Source of the DNA: Halobacteriales archaeon
Lineage (GTDB): Archaea > Halobacteriota > Halobacteria > Halobacteriales > SKSH01
DNA: 64,000 nucleotides
NCBI GenBank assembly: GCA_046543335.1
Contig: JBKGZP010000004.1
Span: 5,620-69,619 of the forward strand
Direction of reading: 5' to 3'
The notes under the pieces are model-generated. The model did not search any database, was not told where the DNA came from, and was given only the letters and a program-made list of their open reading frames with translations. Positions 46,813 through 56,326 of this stretch are shown here, in pieces (position 1 is the stretch's first letter; each line of letters starts with the position of its first letter). Made by a program: the position numbers and the translations under genes.

Positions 46813-47835
46813 ATGACACGGGTCGGCATCACTGGGTTCGGGACGTACACGCCGCCCGGTAGAATCACCGGCCCCGAGATCGCCGAGCGATCTGGCATCC
46901 CGGAGGCGGTCGTCGTCGAGAAGATGGGCGTCGTCGAGAAGCCCGTCTGCCCGCCCGACGACGACCACATCTCGGACATGTGCGTCGCCGCCGCGACCGA
47001 CGCGCTCGGCATGGCCGGCCTCGAGCCGACCGACATCGATCTCGTCCTCTACCACGGCAGCGAATACAAGGACTACGTCGTCTGGTCGGTCGCCGCCGAG
47101 GTGGCCCACCGCCTCGGGGCGACGAACGCCTACGCCACCGAGAGCCACACGCTCTGCGCGAGCACGCCCATCGCGGTGCGCGGCACCCGCGCACTGTTGC
47201 GAAGCGACGACGTCGATCGCGCCCTGCACGTCACCGCCAGCCGCGAGGAGGACCTCATCGACTACACGAACCAGGACAGCTCGTTCATGTTCAACTTCGG
47301 CTCCGGGGCGGCGGCGTACGTCCTGGAGGCCGACCCGGGCGAGCGCACCCGGGCGACGGTCCACGAGAGCGCGGCCCTCACGGACGGCTCGTTCTCGCGG
47401 GACGTTGTCATGCCCGCCGGGGGCAGCCGCCGACCGCCGAGTCCCGAGTCGGTCGCCGAGGGGGCGCACACCCTGGACGTGCCCGATCCCGATGGGATGA
47501 AGGAGCGTCTCGGCCCGGTCTCGCTGCCGAACTTCGTCGAGGTCACCGAGCGTGCCCTTGACCGCTCCGGCCTCGGGATCGACGATCTATCGTTCGTGGC
47601 GTTGACGCACATGAAGCGCTCCTTCCACCACGACCTCCTCGAGGCGCTCGGCCTGTCACCGTCGACGGACGGGGTCTACCTCGATCACTATGGGCACGTC
47701 CAAAGTGCCGACCAATTCATCGCCCTCGAGGAGGCCCTCGAGCGAAACCTGCTCGTACCCGGCGATATCGTCGGCTTCGTCGCCGCCGGCACGGGCTACA
47801 CCTGGGCGGCGACGGCCCTGACCTGGCGGGGCTGA
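46813..47835 (+). CDS. 3-oxoacyl-ACP synthase III (FabH)-like thiolase-fold enzyme, Cys-His-His variant
   Basis: TLCAS, FGSGAAA, LTHMK, YGHVQSAD, AGTGYTW. Confidence 0.85.
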   Translation: MTRVGITGFGTYTPPGRITGPEIAERSGIPEAVVVEKMGVVEKPVCPPDDDHISDMCVAAATDALGMAGLEPTDIDLVLYHGSEYKDYVVWSVAAEVAHRLGATNAYATESHTLCASTPIAVRGTRALLRSDDVDRALHVTASREEDLIDYTNQDSSFMFNFGSGAAAYVLEADPGERTRATVHESAALTDGSFSRDVVMPAGGSRRPPSPESVAEGAHTLDVPDPDGMKERLGPVSLPNFVEVTERALDRSGLGIDDLSFVALTHMKRSFHHDLLEALGLSPSTDGVYLDHYGHVQSADQFIALEEALERNLLVPGDIVGFVAAGTGYTWAATALTWRG

Positions 47836-47882
47836 GCTCGCCCGAGGACATTTTGTGCCTCGCGGTCGAACCGCCGCCAGCC

Positions 47883-48200
47883 ATGGGGTACACGAAGCGA
47901 CAGTACGGGGACGTCGAGCCGCTCGCACCGGGGATGCACTTCCTCCGCCAGGCCCTCGATTGCGACAACCTCGGGGTGACCGTCGTCGAGGCCGACCATG
48001 GCTGGCACGGCAAGACTCACGATCACGTCGACTCGGGGCAGGAAGAGGTCTACCTCCTCCTCGAGGGGACCGCGCGACTCGAGGTCGGGGACGACGCCGT
48101 GTCGCTCGACCCGGGGGACGCGGTTCGGGTCGACCCGGCGACGACCCGGCGGTTGCACTTCCCCGACGGTGGTCGGATGGTCATCGCGGGGGCACCTTGA
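47883..48200 (+). CDS. Cupin domain protein
   Basis: HDH...QEEVYLLLEG...LDPGDAVRV. Confidence 0.85.
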   Translation: MGYTKRQYGDVEPLAPGMHFLRQALDCDNLGVTVVEADHGWHGKTHDHVDSGQEEVYLLLEGTARLEVGDDAVSLDPGDAVRVDPATTRRLHFPDGGRMVIAGAP

Positions 48201-48239
48201 GCCACCGGGGTTTTGTCCCCCCGCGACCTCGATCGCGTC

Positions 48240-48650
48240 ATGCCCGTCGAGTCGGACGAGGAGCTGGTCGAGGTCCTTCGGGGTGAGCGAATCGCGGTCG
48301 TGGGGGCATCGCGCCATCCCTCGAAGGATGCCCACCGCATCCCCCGGTACCTCCACGAGCGGGGGTACACCGTTCTCCCCGTGAATCCGAACGCGGAGAC
48401 CCTGTTCGGGCGTCCCGCGGTCGACCACCTGGACGACCTCCAGGGGCCAATCGACGTGGTGGACGTGTTCCGTCCCAGCGGGGAGGTCGCCGACATTGTC
48501 GACGCGGCGATCGAACGCGGCGACGTCGGGACGGTCTGGCTCCAACTCGGCATCCACGACGCCGAGGCCGTCGACCGCGCGGAGGCGGCGGGACTCCGCG
48601 TCGTGCAAGACCGCTGCATGATGGTCGAACACCGCCGACTGCTGGGGTGA
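48240..48650 (+). CDS. CoA-binding protein (YccU-like)
   Basis: IAVVGAS, PVNP, DVVDVFRP, VWLQLGI, DRCM. Confidence 0.9.
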   Translation: MPVESDEELVEVLRGERIAVVGASRHPSKDAHRIPRYLHERGYTVLPVNPNAETLFGRPAVDHLDDLQGPIDVVDVFRPSGEVADIVDAAIERGDVGTVWLQLGIHDAEAVDRAEAAGLRVVQDRCMMVEHRRLLG

Positions 48651-48656
48651 GCTCGA

Positions 48657-49712
48657 TCAGCCGTCGTCAGCGTCGCGGCGATCCTCGATCGCGACGGCGT
48701 TGCTCGCCTCGTGGAAGGACAGCTCGCGCTGTGGGAATGGAATCTCGATGGATTCATCCCTGAAGACCGCGTCGACGGCTTGGACGAGCTCGTGATGGGC
48801 GCGCGCCTCGCTCGCCGGGTCGGCGATGAAACAGCGCAACATCGCGACGATTCCCGAGTCACCGAACTGACGGTAGTGGACCTGCGGGGGTGGCGACTCG
48901 ATGACCGCGTCCGCGATGTCCGCGGCCTCGAGGAGGACCGATTCGACGGCCTCGAGGTCGGAGCCGTAGGGTACGGTGACCTCGAGGCTCACCCGGCGGT
49001 GGCGCTGTGGGGCGGACTCGTTCGTCACCTGCTGGCGGTTGAACTCCGAGTTCGGGATCGTCACCGTCACGTTGTCGCGCGTCAGGATGGTCGTCGATCG
49101 GATCGAGATGTCGATGACGGTACCCCGCTCGCCGGACGACAGCGCGATCATGTCGCCCACGGCGAAGGTGCGGTCGACGTACAGCGACACGCCGGAGACG
49201 AAGTTGTTGATCGTGTCGCGGGCGGCAAAGCCGACGACGACGCCGATGATTCCCGCGGAGGCGAGCAGCGGTGTGACGTCGATCCGCCAGATCTTGAGGA
49301 GGATGAACAGGGCCGCGATGAGGGTGAAGAAGGTGAGGACGTTCGTCAGGACGGGGGCGAACTTGAGCGTCTCCTGGTCCCGGTGCTCGAGCATCGTCCG
49401 GCCGGTGGCGATGACGCCGTGCGTCCACACCACGAGGAGCACCGACAGGGCGAGGGCGCCGAGGTAGAACTGCACGTCGGTCGACTGGACGAACCTCCGG
49501 CTGGCGTAGACCGAGAGCGTGACGGCGGTGAACATCATCGGTCGGCGGAGTCCCTCGAGGAGTGTCCAGCGAAGTGGGCCGTCGACGAGCCGCGACGCAA
49601 ACCGGAAGAGTCGGTCGATCGCGATCCCGAGCGCAAGCCCGAGGCCGACGACGATGCCGGCGTGGGCGACCGGGGGGAGGCCGGCCACCCACTCGACGGA
49701 GCGCTCGATCAT
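48657..49712 (-). CDS. Small-conductance mechanosensitive channel (MscS family)
   Basis: LLASAGIIGVVVGFAARD..NFVSG; GTVIDISIRST; IPNS; EIPFPQR. Confidence 0.92.
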   Translation of the reverse strand: MIERSVEWVAGLPPVAHAGIVVGLGLALGIAIDRLFRFASRLVDGPLRWTLLEGLRRPMMFTAVTLSVYASRRFVQSTDVQFYLGALALSVLLVVWTHGVIATGRTMLEHRDQETLKFAPVLTNVLTFFTLIAALFILLKIWRIDVTPLLASAGIIGVVVGFAARDTINNFVSGVSLYVDRTFAVGDMIALSSGERGTVIDISIRSTTILTRDNVTVTIPNSEFNRQQVTNESAPQRHRRVSLEVTVPYGSDLEAVESVLLEAADIADAVIESPPPQVHYRQFGDSGIVAMLRCFIADPASEARAHHELVQAVDAVFRDESIEIPFPQRELSFHEASNAVAIEDRRDADDG

Positions 49713-49762
49713 GGACGGTCAGGGGACCGCAAGGGCGATAAAGGCCGTGAAACGCGAGGCCG

Positions 49763-50254
49763 TCAGTCGCCGCGCGCATTGGCGGCCTCGAGGGCGGCCA
49801 GGCCGACGTCGCTAACGGTGTAGACCTTCTGGCGACGGTCCTCCTCGTAGGCTCGCTTCTTGACGAGCCCACGGTTGGCCAGGTTCCACAACCGGGAGGC
49901 CACCTCGTTCTGCGAGAGCTCACCGTCGATGGCCTCGGCGATCTCCTCCGTGCGCATGGGCTCGTCGCGTTCGACGAGGAGCTCGATGATTCGGAAGGGA
50001 ACGCTTTCGCGCTGCAGGCGGGCACCGGCCGGGACGGTGGCACCGTCGCCGGCGGAGCCAGCCTCGAGGCGGCCCCCACCGGGCAGAGAGAGACCGACGT
50101 TACCGTCGAGTTCGAACTCCAACTCCACGCGTGCCACGGTTACGTCCGTCTCGAGCTGGTCGAGCATATAGCGGACGTCGTCCAGGGATCGCGACCCGGA
50201 GAACCCGAGCACGATGCGCTCATTCGTCACGCCATCAGACGATTCCGATGTCAT
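49763..50254 (-). CDS. Winged helix-turn-helix protein (C-terminal wHTH)
   Basis: PMRTEEIAEAI..SQNEVASRLWNLANRGLVKKR..DRRQKVYTVS. Confidence 0.75.
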   Translation of the reverse strand: MTSESSDGVTNERIVLGFSGSRSLDDVRYMLDQLETDVTVARVELEFELDGNVGLSLPGGGRLEAGSAGDGATVPAGARLQRESVPFRIIELLVERDEPMRTEEIAEAIDGELSQNEVASRLWNLANRGLVKKRAYEEDRRQKVYTVSDVGLAALEAANARGD

Positions 50255-50351
50255 GGAATTGTTCGATAATCACGGTTAGGTTGCCAATAACCTTCCGATA
50301 TGGGAAAGATTTCGGAGATCGTTCCGTTAACGCTTGGCCCCCACGATCCCG

Positions 50352-51746
50352 TCAGCGGCCACCCAGCGCCGCCCGGACGAGTTCGGCACCACGGCCGACC
50401 AGGGCGTCCGCTCGTTCGGCTGAGGGGGCTTCCGCGTACACCCGCATGACCGGCTCTGTCCCGCTGGGACGAACGAGCACCCAGGACCCACCGGCGAGCA
50501 GGAACTTTACCCCGTCGGTCTGATTCGTCTCCGCGACCGTCTCGTCCAGGAGTCGGTCGGGATGGATCGCTGCGACATTCGCGAGCGTGGTCGGCTTGAG
50601 GTCGTCCTCGCATGGGACGCTGACCGACCGGTGGAACACCTCCCCGTACCGTTCCTCGATCTCGGCCAGACGGTCGGTCATCGGTTTCGATCGGTCGGCA
50701 TCGGCGGCGAGCGCTGCTGCCAGGGGACCGTCCTTCTCCCGGACGTGCCCACGGACGGTGAAGCCGCCGCTGTCCTCACCGCCGATGAGCGCGTCGACCT
50801 CGGCCATCGTTTCGGCTACCCACTTGAACCCCACCGGGGTCTCGTGGACGATCTCGCCGTGGGCCTCGGCAATGCGATCGATGAGGAACGTCGTCGAGAC
50901 GGTGCGGACGGCCGGACCCGAGTCTCGCTCGAGGAGGTCCGCGTACAGCACGGCGAACAGGTGGTTGGCGTCGACGTACCCCGACGGTTCGACGACGGCG
51001 ACTCGGTCGGCGTCACCGTCGTTGGCCACCCCCAGGTCGTACGGGCCGTCGGCGAGGCGTCCGACGAGCTCCGTCAGGTTGGCGGGTGTCGGCTCCGGTG
51101 CGCTCCCCCCGAAGTCGGGTGTCCGGGTCGACCGTATCCGGTCCACCGTCGCACCGGCACGCTCCAGGATCTCGTCGGTGACCCCCCGACCGCTCCCGTG
51201 CATGGCGTCGTAGAGGATCCGCTGCCCAGCGAGGTCGGGCGCGACGCGTTCGAGCACCGTCTCGATGTGGTGATCGACGTAGTCGACGGAATCGACGTGA
51301 CCGCGTGCGCCCCGGACGACCGGGGTCGGTGGGGTCAGGTTCGCCTCGACGGTGTCGGTCACCGATGGTAACGCCGGTGCCCCCCCGGCCGGGATGAGCT
51401 TGATGCCGTTGTACGCCGGCGGGTTGTGCGACGCGGTGACCATCACCCCGCCGGCCAGGTCACAGCGATCGACGACCGTCGCGACCGCCGGGGTCGGGCA
51501 GTCGCGATCGGCCAGCCAGACGTCGTACCCCCCGTCGGTGAACGTTCCGGCCATCATCTCCGCGATGTCATCCGCCCCCACCCGGGCGTCGAAGCCGACC
51601 GCGATCGTGTCGCCTCCTGGAACCGCCTCCGCGAGGTACCGCATGAACCCGTTGGCCACCGCGGCGACGCGATCGTCCGTGAATGCCGATCGGTGGGCAC
51701 GCCATCCATCGGTCCCGAACGAGATCGCATCGAGGTCGGACGGCAT
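50352..51746 (-). CDS. Phosphoglucomutase/phosphomannomutase family protein
   Basis: FGTDGWR, TASHNP, DGDADR, PVGFK, GGEDSGG, VRPSGTEP. Confidence 0.93.
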   Translation of the reverse strand: MPSDLDAISFGTDGWRAHRSAFTDDRVAAVANGFMRYLAEAVPGGDTIAVGFDARVGADDIAEMMAGTFTDGGYDVWLADRDCPTPAVATVVDRCDLAGGVMVTASHNPPAYNGIKLIPAGGAPALPSVTDTVEANLTPPTPVVRGARGHVDSVDYVDHHIETVLERVAPDLAGQRILYDAMHGSGRGVTDEILERAGATVDRIRSTRTPDFGGSAPEPTPANLTELVGRLADGPYDLGVANDGDADRVAVVEPSGYVDANHLFAVLYADLLERDSGPAVRTVSTTFLIDRIAEAHGEIVHETPVGFKWVAETMAEVDALIGGEDSGGFTVRGHVREKDGPLAAALAADADRSKPMTDRLAEIEERYGEVFHRSVSVPCEDDLKPTTLANVAAIHPDRLLDETVAETNQTDGVKFLLAGGSWVLVRPSGTEPVMRVYAEAPSAERADALVGRGAELVRAALGGR

Positions 51747-51833
51747 TCGTGGCGTCCCTACGGCCGGTGCCGGGATGAATCGCCCGGTGTCTGCCGGTAC
51801 ACGTTGATTGGTAATGGCGGCACAACCGCGGTC

Positions 51834-52751
51834 ATGCACCGACGACCGACTCGGCGCGCGGCCCGCCGGCCCACGGGCCGGACGGTCGCTGCCACCGGCG
51901 CGGTCGCCGTCGCCGTCCTCCTGTTGACGACCGGTGGCAGTCCGGTTCCGACCGGGGTGGTCGCCTCCGACAGCATGGAACCCGCCCTCTCGGAGGGGGA
52001 CGTCTTCGTCGCGATCCCACCGGCGCTCACGGGTGGAGCGGCAGTCGGCGACATCGCCGTCTACCGCGGACCCGACGGCTGGACGGTGCACCGCCTCGTT
52101 GGACGGACCGACGCGGGATTCCTCACTGCCGGTGATGCGAACCCCTTCGTCGACCAGGACACCGGGGATCCACCGCTACTTCCGTCGTCGATTGCGGGTG
52201 TCGTGCCGACCGTCGGCGCGCGACCCCTGGCGGTCTCGGTCCCCCGGGTCCCCCGGTCATCGACCGTCGGCATCACCGGCGTGGTCGCGGTCGCGTTTCT
52301 GCTGGCGGCCAATCACAGGGCGCCGCCACCGAGGCCAGTCACCGTTGGCACCCTCGTCGGGCTGTTACTCTGCGCTGGCTGGGTGCTCGCGGCGAGTGCG
52401 GTCGAGTCGTCCGCCATCGAGACCGTCACGAACCGGGGATGGCTGCCGGTGACTGTCCTGGAGACGGGGGCCACTGAGGTCCGGGCTCGCTCCCTGGCAC
52501 CCGGCGAGTCGGTGGTACCGCGGGCGGGGTCAACGGTCGTGATCGGCCCTGGATGGGCACCCCAATTTGCCCTCGACGTGGCCGCGCGCGGGGGCCTCGT
52601 CGGTGTCGCGGTGGGCACGTCTCTGGTCGTGGCCGGTGGTGTCTGGCTCGTGGCTCGATCGATCTGGTCGCTCGGTCGCCCCGATCCGGACGGCCGGACG
52701 ACGTCTCGAGACCGGCGACGGTCCAGGAACCCCCCGCGCGACTTCAAGTAA
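51834..52751 (+). CDS. Signal peptidase I (S26, Sec11/SipW-type) with C-terminal membrane extension
   Basis: VASDSMEP..GD, VHR, TAGDANPFVDQ; start codon uncertain. Confidence 0.78.
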   Translation: MHRRPTRRAARRPTGRTVAATGAVAVAVLLLTTGGSPVPTGVVASDSMEPALSEGDVFVAIPPALTGGAAVGDIAVYRGPDGWTVHRLVGRTDAGFLTAGDANPFVDQDTGDPPLLPSSIAGVVPTVGARPLAVSVPRVPRSSTVGITGVVAVAFLLAANHRAPPPRPVTVGTLVGLLLCAGWVLAASAVESSAIETVTNRGWLPVTVLETGATEVRARSLAPGESVVPRAGSTVVIGPGWAPQFALDVAARGGLVGVAVGTSLVVAGGVWLVARSIWSLGRPDPDGRTTSRDRRRSRNPPRDFK

Positions 52752-52778
52752 GAGCGGGCACAGAGGGGGCGGTCCACC

Positions 52779-53297
52779 ATGCTGGTATCACGTCGCCAGG
52801 CACTGACCATCGTCAGCGGCATCGTTCTGGGTATCACCACCGCCGGGTCCAGCGGGGCGTTCGACCGCGTCGAGCTAGACCGCGCCATGACGGTCGAGGT
52901 CGACGGCGACGCCGGCGCGTACCTCTCGATCGAGGTCCATCCCGATCGGGAGGGGGCGGAGGGGGGCCCCGACGTGGGGACCGACGAGGAGGGTCGCATC
53001 TACCTCGATTTCTCCGAGCCGCACCTGAACGACCTCGGCCTCACTCGGTTCCACGACCTCCTGCTGATCGAGAACAACGGCTCGAAGGATATCTCGATCG
53101 ACGTCTACGCGGTCGATGCGGCGGGTGACCGGGTGTCCGGGATCGAGGCCTTCCTGGACAAGGATCCGTCGATACGGATGCCCCACAACATGACCGTCGA
53201 CACCGATGTCGTTTTCGGCCTCGAATTCGACACGACGGAGGACGACATCGAGTCGGCCACCCATCTCCGGTTCGAGGCGACGTCGGACCCGTCGTGA
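52779..53297 (+). CDS. DUF1102-like secreted protein (possible SipW-type substrate)
   Basis: Signal region ending SSGAF, followed by DRVELDRAMTVEVDGDAGAYL; IENNG. Confidence 0.7.
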   Translation: MLVSRRQALTIVSGIVLGITTAGSSGAFDRVELDRAMTVEVDGDAGAYLSIEVHPDREGAEGGPDVGTDEEGRIYLDFSEPHLNDLGLTRFHDLLLIENNGSKDISIDVYAVDAAGDRVSGIEAFLDKDPSIRMPHNMTVDTDVVFGLEFDTTEDDIESATHLRFEATSDPS

Positions 53298-53340
53298 GGG
53301 GACCGATTCACCCGACCCGGGGTGGACCGGACCGGTCCCG

Positions 53341-55170
53341 TCAGTAGTGGCGTTCCTTCGGCTCGTACCGACCGCCCTCGCCCTCGAGGATGACGGGTTT
53401 GAACCAAAGGCTGGGTGCGCCGTCGTCCCAAGAGACGAAGGTGTGGCGGAGCCACTCGTCGTCACGACGCTCCTGGTGGTCCGCACGCCAGTGCGCGCCG
53501 CGGAACTCCGTCCGGGCGATCGCCCCCATCACGATCGTCTCCGCGATGTCGATCAGGTTGCGGGTCTCGATCGCCTGGAGGAGGTCGGTGTTGAAGGTCC
53601 GCCCGGCGTCCTCGACGACGACGTTGGCGTACGCCTCTCGAGCGGCGCGGACGTCCTCGAGGGCGCGCTCGAGGCCGTCGGGCTCCCGGAAGACGTTGAC
53701 GTGCCCGGTCATCGTCCGCTGTACCTGCGCGCGCACCTCGGGGTGGCGCACGCCACCGTCGCGCGATTTGAGGTCGTCGATGCGCGCCCGCTCGGCCTCG
53801 ATGGCCCCTTCGATGACGTCCTCGGGGTGGGACCCACCGTCGGCAACGGCCCGGTCGCCGTCGACCCGGCCGGGGCTGACGTGGAACTCGCCGCCCCAGT
53901 CGTCCGACTCGTCGGTGCGCCCGGTCGTCAGCGCGGCCTCGCCCAGGTCCTCGCCGGCGGCGTGGCGCCCCGCCCGGGCACCGAAGACGATGAGCTCCGG
54001 GAGGGCGTTGCCTCCGAGGCGGTTGGCGCCGTGGACGCTGACGCACGCGCACTCGCCGGCGGCGTACAGGCCGTCGATGACCGTCCGTCCGTGCTCATCG
54101 GTCTCGATGCCGCCCATCACGTAGTGCTGACCCGGCTTGACGGGCATCGGCTCGACCAGGCCGTCGACCCCCTCGAAGTCCTCCGCCAGGTGGAGGATGT
54201 TCTCGAGGCGGTCGAGGATGCGATCCTCCCCGAGGTGGCGCATGTCGAGGTAGACGTACTCGTCCTCGAAGCCGCGACCGGCGGCTACCTCGGTGAGGAT
54301 GGCACGGCTCACGACGTCGCGGCTGGCCAGCTCGCCCGAGGTGGTCGCGTACCCCCGCTCGAACATGAACCGTTCGCCGGCGGCGTTGTAGAGCATGCCA
54401 CCTTCGCCGCGGACGCCCTCGGAGATGAGCACGCCCGTCGATGGGAGCGTCGTGGGGTGAAACTGGACGAACTCCATGTCCTCGAGGGGGACACCGGCGC
54501 GGTAGGCCATCGCCTGGCCGTCGCCGGTGCACGTCACGGCGTTGGTGGTGTGGTCGTAGACCTGGCCGGGCCCGCCCGTCGCGAGGATCACGCCGCGTCT
54601 GGCTCGAAAGCCCCAGAGGTCGCCGCGCTGGACGTCGATCGCGACGACGCCGTGGCACCGCCGATCCGCGGGATCCGCCTCGTCGGTCACGGCGAGGCGG
54701 GTCACGAAGAACTCGTCGTAGACCTCGATGCCGCGTTTGACCACCTGCTCGTACATCGTGTGCAGCATGTGGTGACCGGTCTCGGCGCCGGCGTACGTCG
54801 TCCGGGGGAACGACAGTCCCCCGAACGGGCGCTGGGAGACGCGACCGTCCTCGTCGCGAGAGAACGGCATCCCCCAGTGCTCGAGCTGGATGACGTTCTC
54901 GGGGGCGTCCCTCGCGAGCGTCTCGACGGCGGGGGCGTCGGCGAGGTAGTCCGCGCCCTTCATCGTGTCCTTGGCGTGCAGTTCCCAGGAGTCGCCCCCG
55001 CGCAAGGCGGCGTTGATGCCGCCCTCCGCGGCGCCGGTGTGGCTGCGCACCGGGTGCAGCTTCGTGACGATGGCGGTGTCGGCACCCGCCTCGTGGGCGG
55101 CGATCGCGGCGCGCAGGCCCGCGCCGCCTCCGCCGACGACGACCACGTCGTGGGTGGCGATGGTGGACAC
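53341..55170 (-). CDS. sdhA: Succinate dehydrogenase flavoprotein subunit
   Basis: GGGGAG, RSHTGAAEGG, QFHPT, SEGVRGEG, ELASRD, HYVMGG, HGANRLG. Confidence 0.96.
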   Translation of the reverse strand: MSTIATHDVVVVGGGGAGLRAAIAAHEAGADTAIVTKLHPVRSHTGAAEGGINAALRGGDSWELHAKDTMKGADYLADAPAVETLARDAPENVIQLEHWGMPFSRDEDGRVSQRPFGGLSFPRTTYAGAETGHHMLHTMYEQVVKRGIEVYDEFFVTRLAVTDEADPADRRCHGVVAIDVQRGDLWGFRARRGVILATGGPGQVYDHTTNAVTCTGDGQAMAYRAGVPLEDMEFVQFHPTTLPSTGVLISEGVRGEGGMLYNAAGERFMFERGYATTSGELASRDVVSRAILTEVAAGRGFEDEYVYLDMRHLGEDRILDRLENILHLAEDFEGVDGLVEPMPVKPGQHYVMGGIETDEHGRTVIDGLYAAGECACVSVHGANRLGGNALPELIVFGARAGRHAAGEDLGEAALTTGRTDESDDWGGEFHVSPGRVDGDRAVADGGSHPEDVIEGAIEAERARIDDLKSRDGGVRHPEVRAQVQRTMTGHVNVFREPDGLERALEDVRAAREAYANVVVEDAGRTFNTDLLQAIETRNLIDIAETIVMGAIARTEFRGAHWRADHQERRDDEWLRHTFVSWDDGAPSLWFKPVILEGEGGRYEPKERHY

Positions 55171-55175
55171 GGCGA

Positions 55176-55952
55176 TCACCAAAGCGAGAGGTCCCGCTTG
55201 GCCGTCTCGCGCTTGAGGTCCTGGATGTTCTCCGTGATGGGGATGTCCTTGGGACAGACCTCGGTGCATGAGAACTGGGTCTGACAGCGCCAGACGGCGT
55301 GGTCGTCGGCCATCATCTCGAGGCGTTCCTCGCGGCGCGCCTCGCCCTCGCGCTCGTCGAAGACGAAGCGGTGCGCCTTCGTCAACGCGGCCGGACCGAG
55401 GTACTGGTTGTCCCCGGCCGCGATGTTGCACGATGACATGCACGCGCCGCACCAGATGCACCGGGTGTCGAGCTTGATGCGCTCGCGGTTCGCCGGCGAC
55501 TGTCGCTGCTCCTCGAGGTCACCACTCGGCAGCTCGTCGGGGTCGAAGAACGGCTCCACCGCGCGCATCTGCTCGTAGAAGTGATCCATGTCGACGACGA
55601 GGTCCTTGAGGACGCCCTGGTGTGGCAGCGGGTCGATCTGGATCGGCTCGGCGAGGTCGGCGACCTGGGTCGTGCAGCACAGGCGCTGGCGTCCGTTGAC
55701 GAACATGGCGTCGCTGCCGCAGACGCCCTGGCGACAGGAGTGGCGGAACGTGAGGGTGCCGTCGAAGCGGTCGCGCGCGTGGATGAGGGCGTCGAGGACG
55801 GTCATGCCCTCCGTCCGCGGCACCTCGAACGTCTCGTAGTACGGTTCGTCGTGCTCGTCGGGCTGGTAGCGAAACACCCGGAGGGTGACGGGGTCCTCGA
55901 CCTCCGCCCCCTCGGCGGCTGCCTCGCCTGGCTGGCGTGGTTCGGTGCTCAT
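55176..55952 (-). CDS. sdhB: Succinate dehydrogenase Fe-S subunit
   Basis: SCRQGVCGSD, CIWCGACMSSC, CQTQFSCTEVCP. Confidence 0.95.
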   Translation of the reverse strand: MSTEPRQPGEAAAEGAEVEDPVTLRVFRYQPDEHDEPYYETFEVPRTEGMTVLDALIHARDRFDGTLTFRHSCRQGVCGSDAMFVNGRQRLCCTTQVADLAEPIQIDPLPHQGVLKDLVVDMDHFYEQMRAVEPFFDPDELPSGDLEEQRQSPANRERIKLDTRCIWCGACMSSCNIAAGDNQYLGPAALTKAHRFVFDEREGEARREERLEMMADDHAVWRCQTQFSCTEVCPKDIPITENIQDLKRETAKRDLSLW

Positions 55953-56326
55953 GGGCTGGTGAACCCGGCCATGACGAGCGCGACCCGGATGCCCTGGAGG
56001 ACCAGGACCGCGCTCGCGATGACGAGCACCCACTTGAGTACCCGTCGGGGCTGGCCGGAGAGCCCCTGGTTGACGAGGGCGTTGTAGACGCCGTTGACGC
56101 CGTGGATCGTCGCGGTGAGCAGGAACAGCACCATCGTCGTGAAGTACGTGATGGAGCTCATGCGCGCCTGGGTGCCGGCGAAGTCGATCTCCCAGGCGTG
56201 CTCGACGAAGTGCAGCTGGAAGAAGTGGAAGGCGAGGACGACGATGAGGAACGCCGCGGTCACCCGCTGGACGACCCACATGGTGGAGCTGGGCGCGAAC
56301 GACGAGCGATACGGCTCGGTCGACAT
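55949..56326 (-). CDS. sdhD: Succinate dehydrogenase membrane anchor
   Basis: QRVTA, HGVNGV; position in the operon. Confidence 0.9.
   Translation of the reverse strand: MSTEPYRSSFAPSSTMWVVQRVTAAFLIVVLAFHFFQLHFVEHAWEIDFAGTQARMSSITYFTTMVLFLLTATIHGVNGVYNALVNQGLSGQPRRVLKWVLVIASAVLVLQGIRVALVMAGFTSP

Noticed and set aside
50274-50292. Possible fifth iron box (GGTTAGGTTGCCAATAACC); also TTAGG near 31898
   Set aside because: Only the TTAGG half-site matches; there is no CCTAA at the 4-nt spacing.
53299-53339. GC-rich hairpin between the convergent DUF1102-like gene and sdhA as a terminator
   Set aside because: The stem is imperfect with no U-tract, and such stems are expected by chance at this GC content.
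55938-56326. SdhB and SdhD both begin MSTEP
   Set aside because: The codons differ and the similarity ends after five residues; coincidence is likely.
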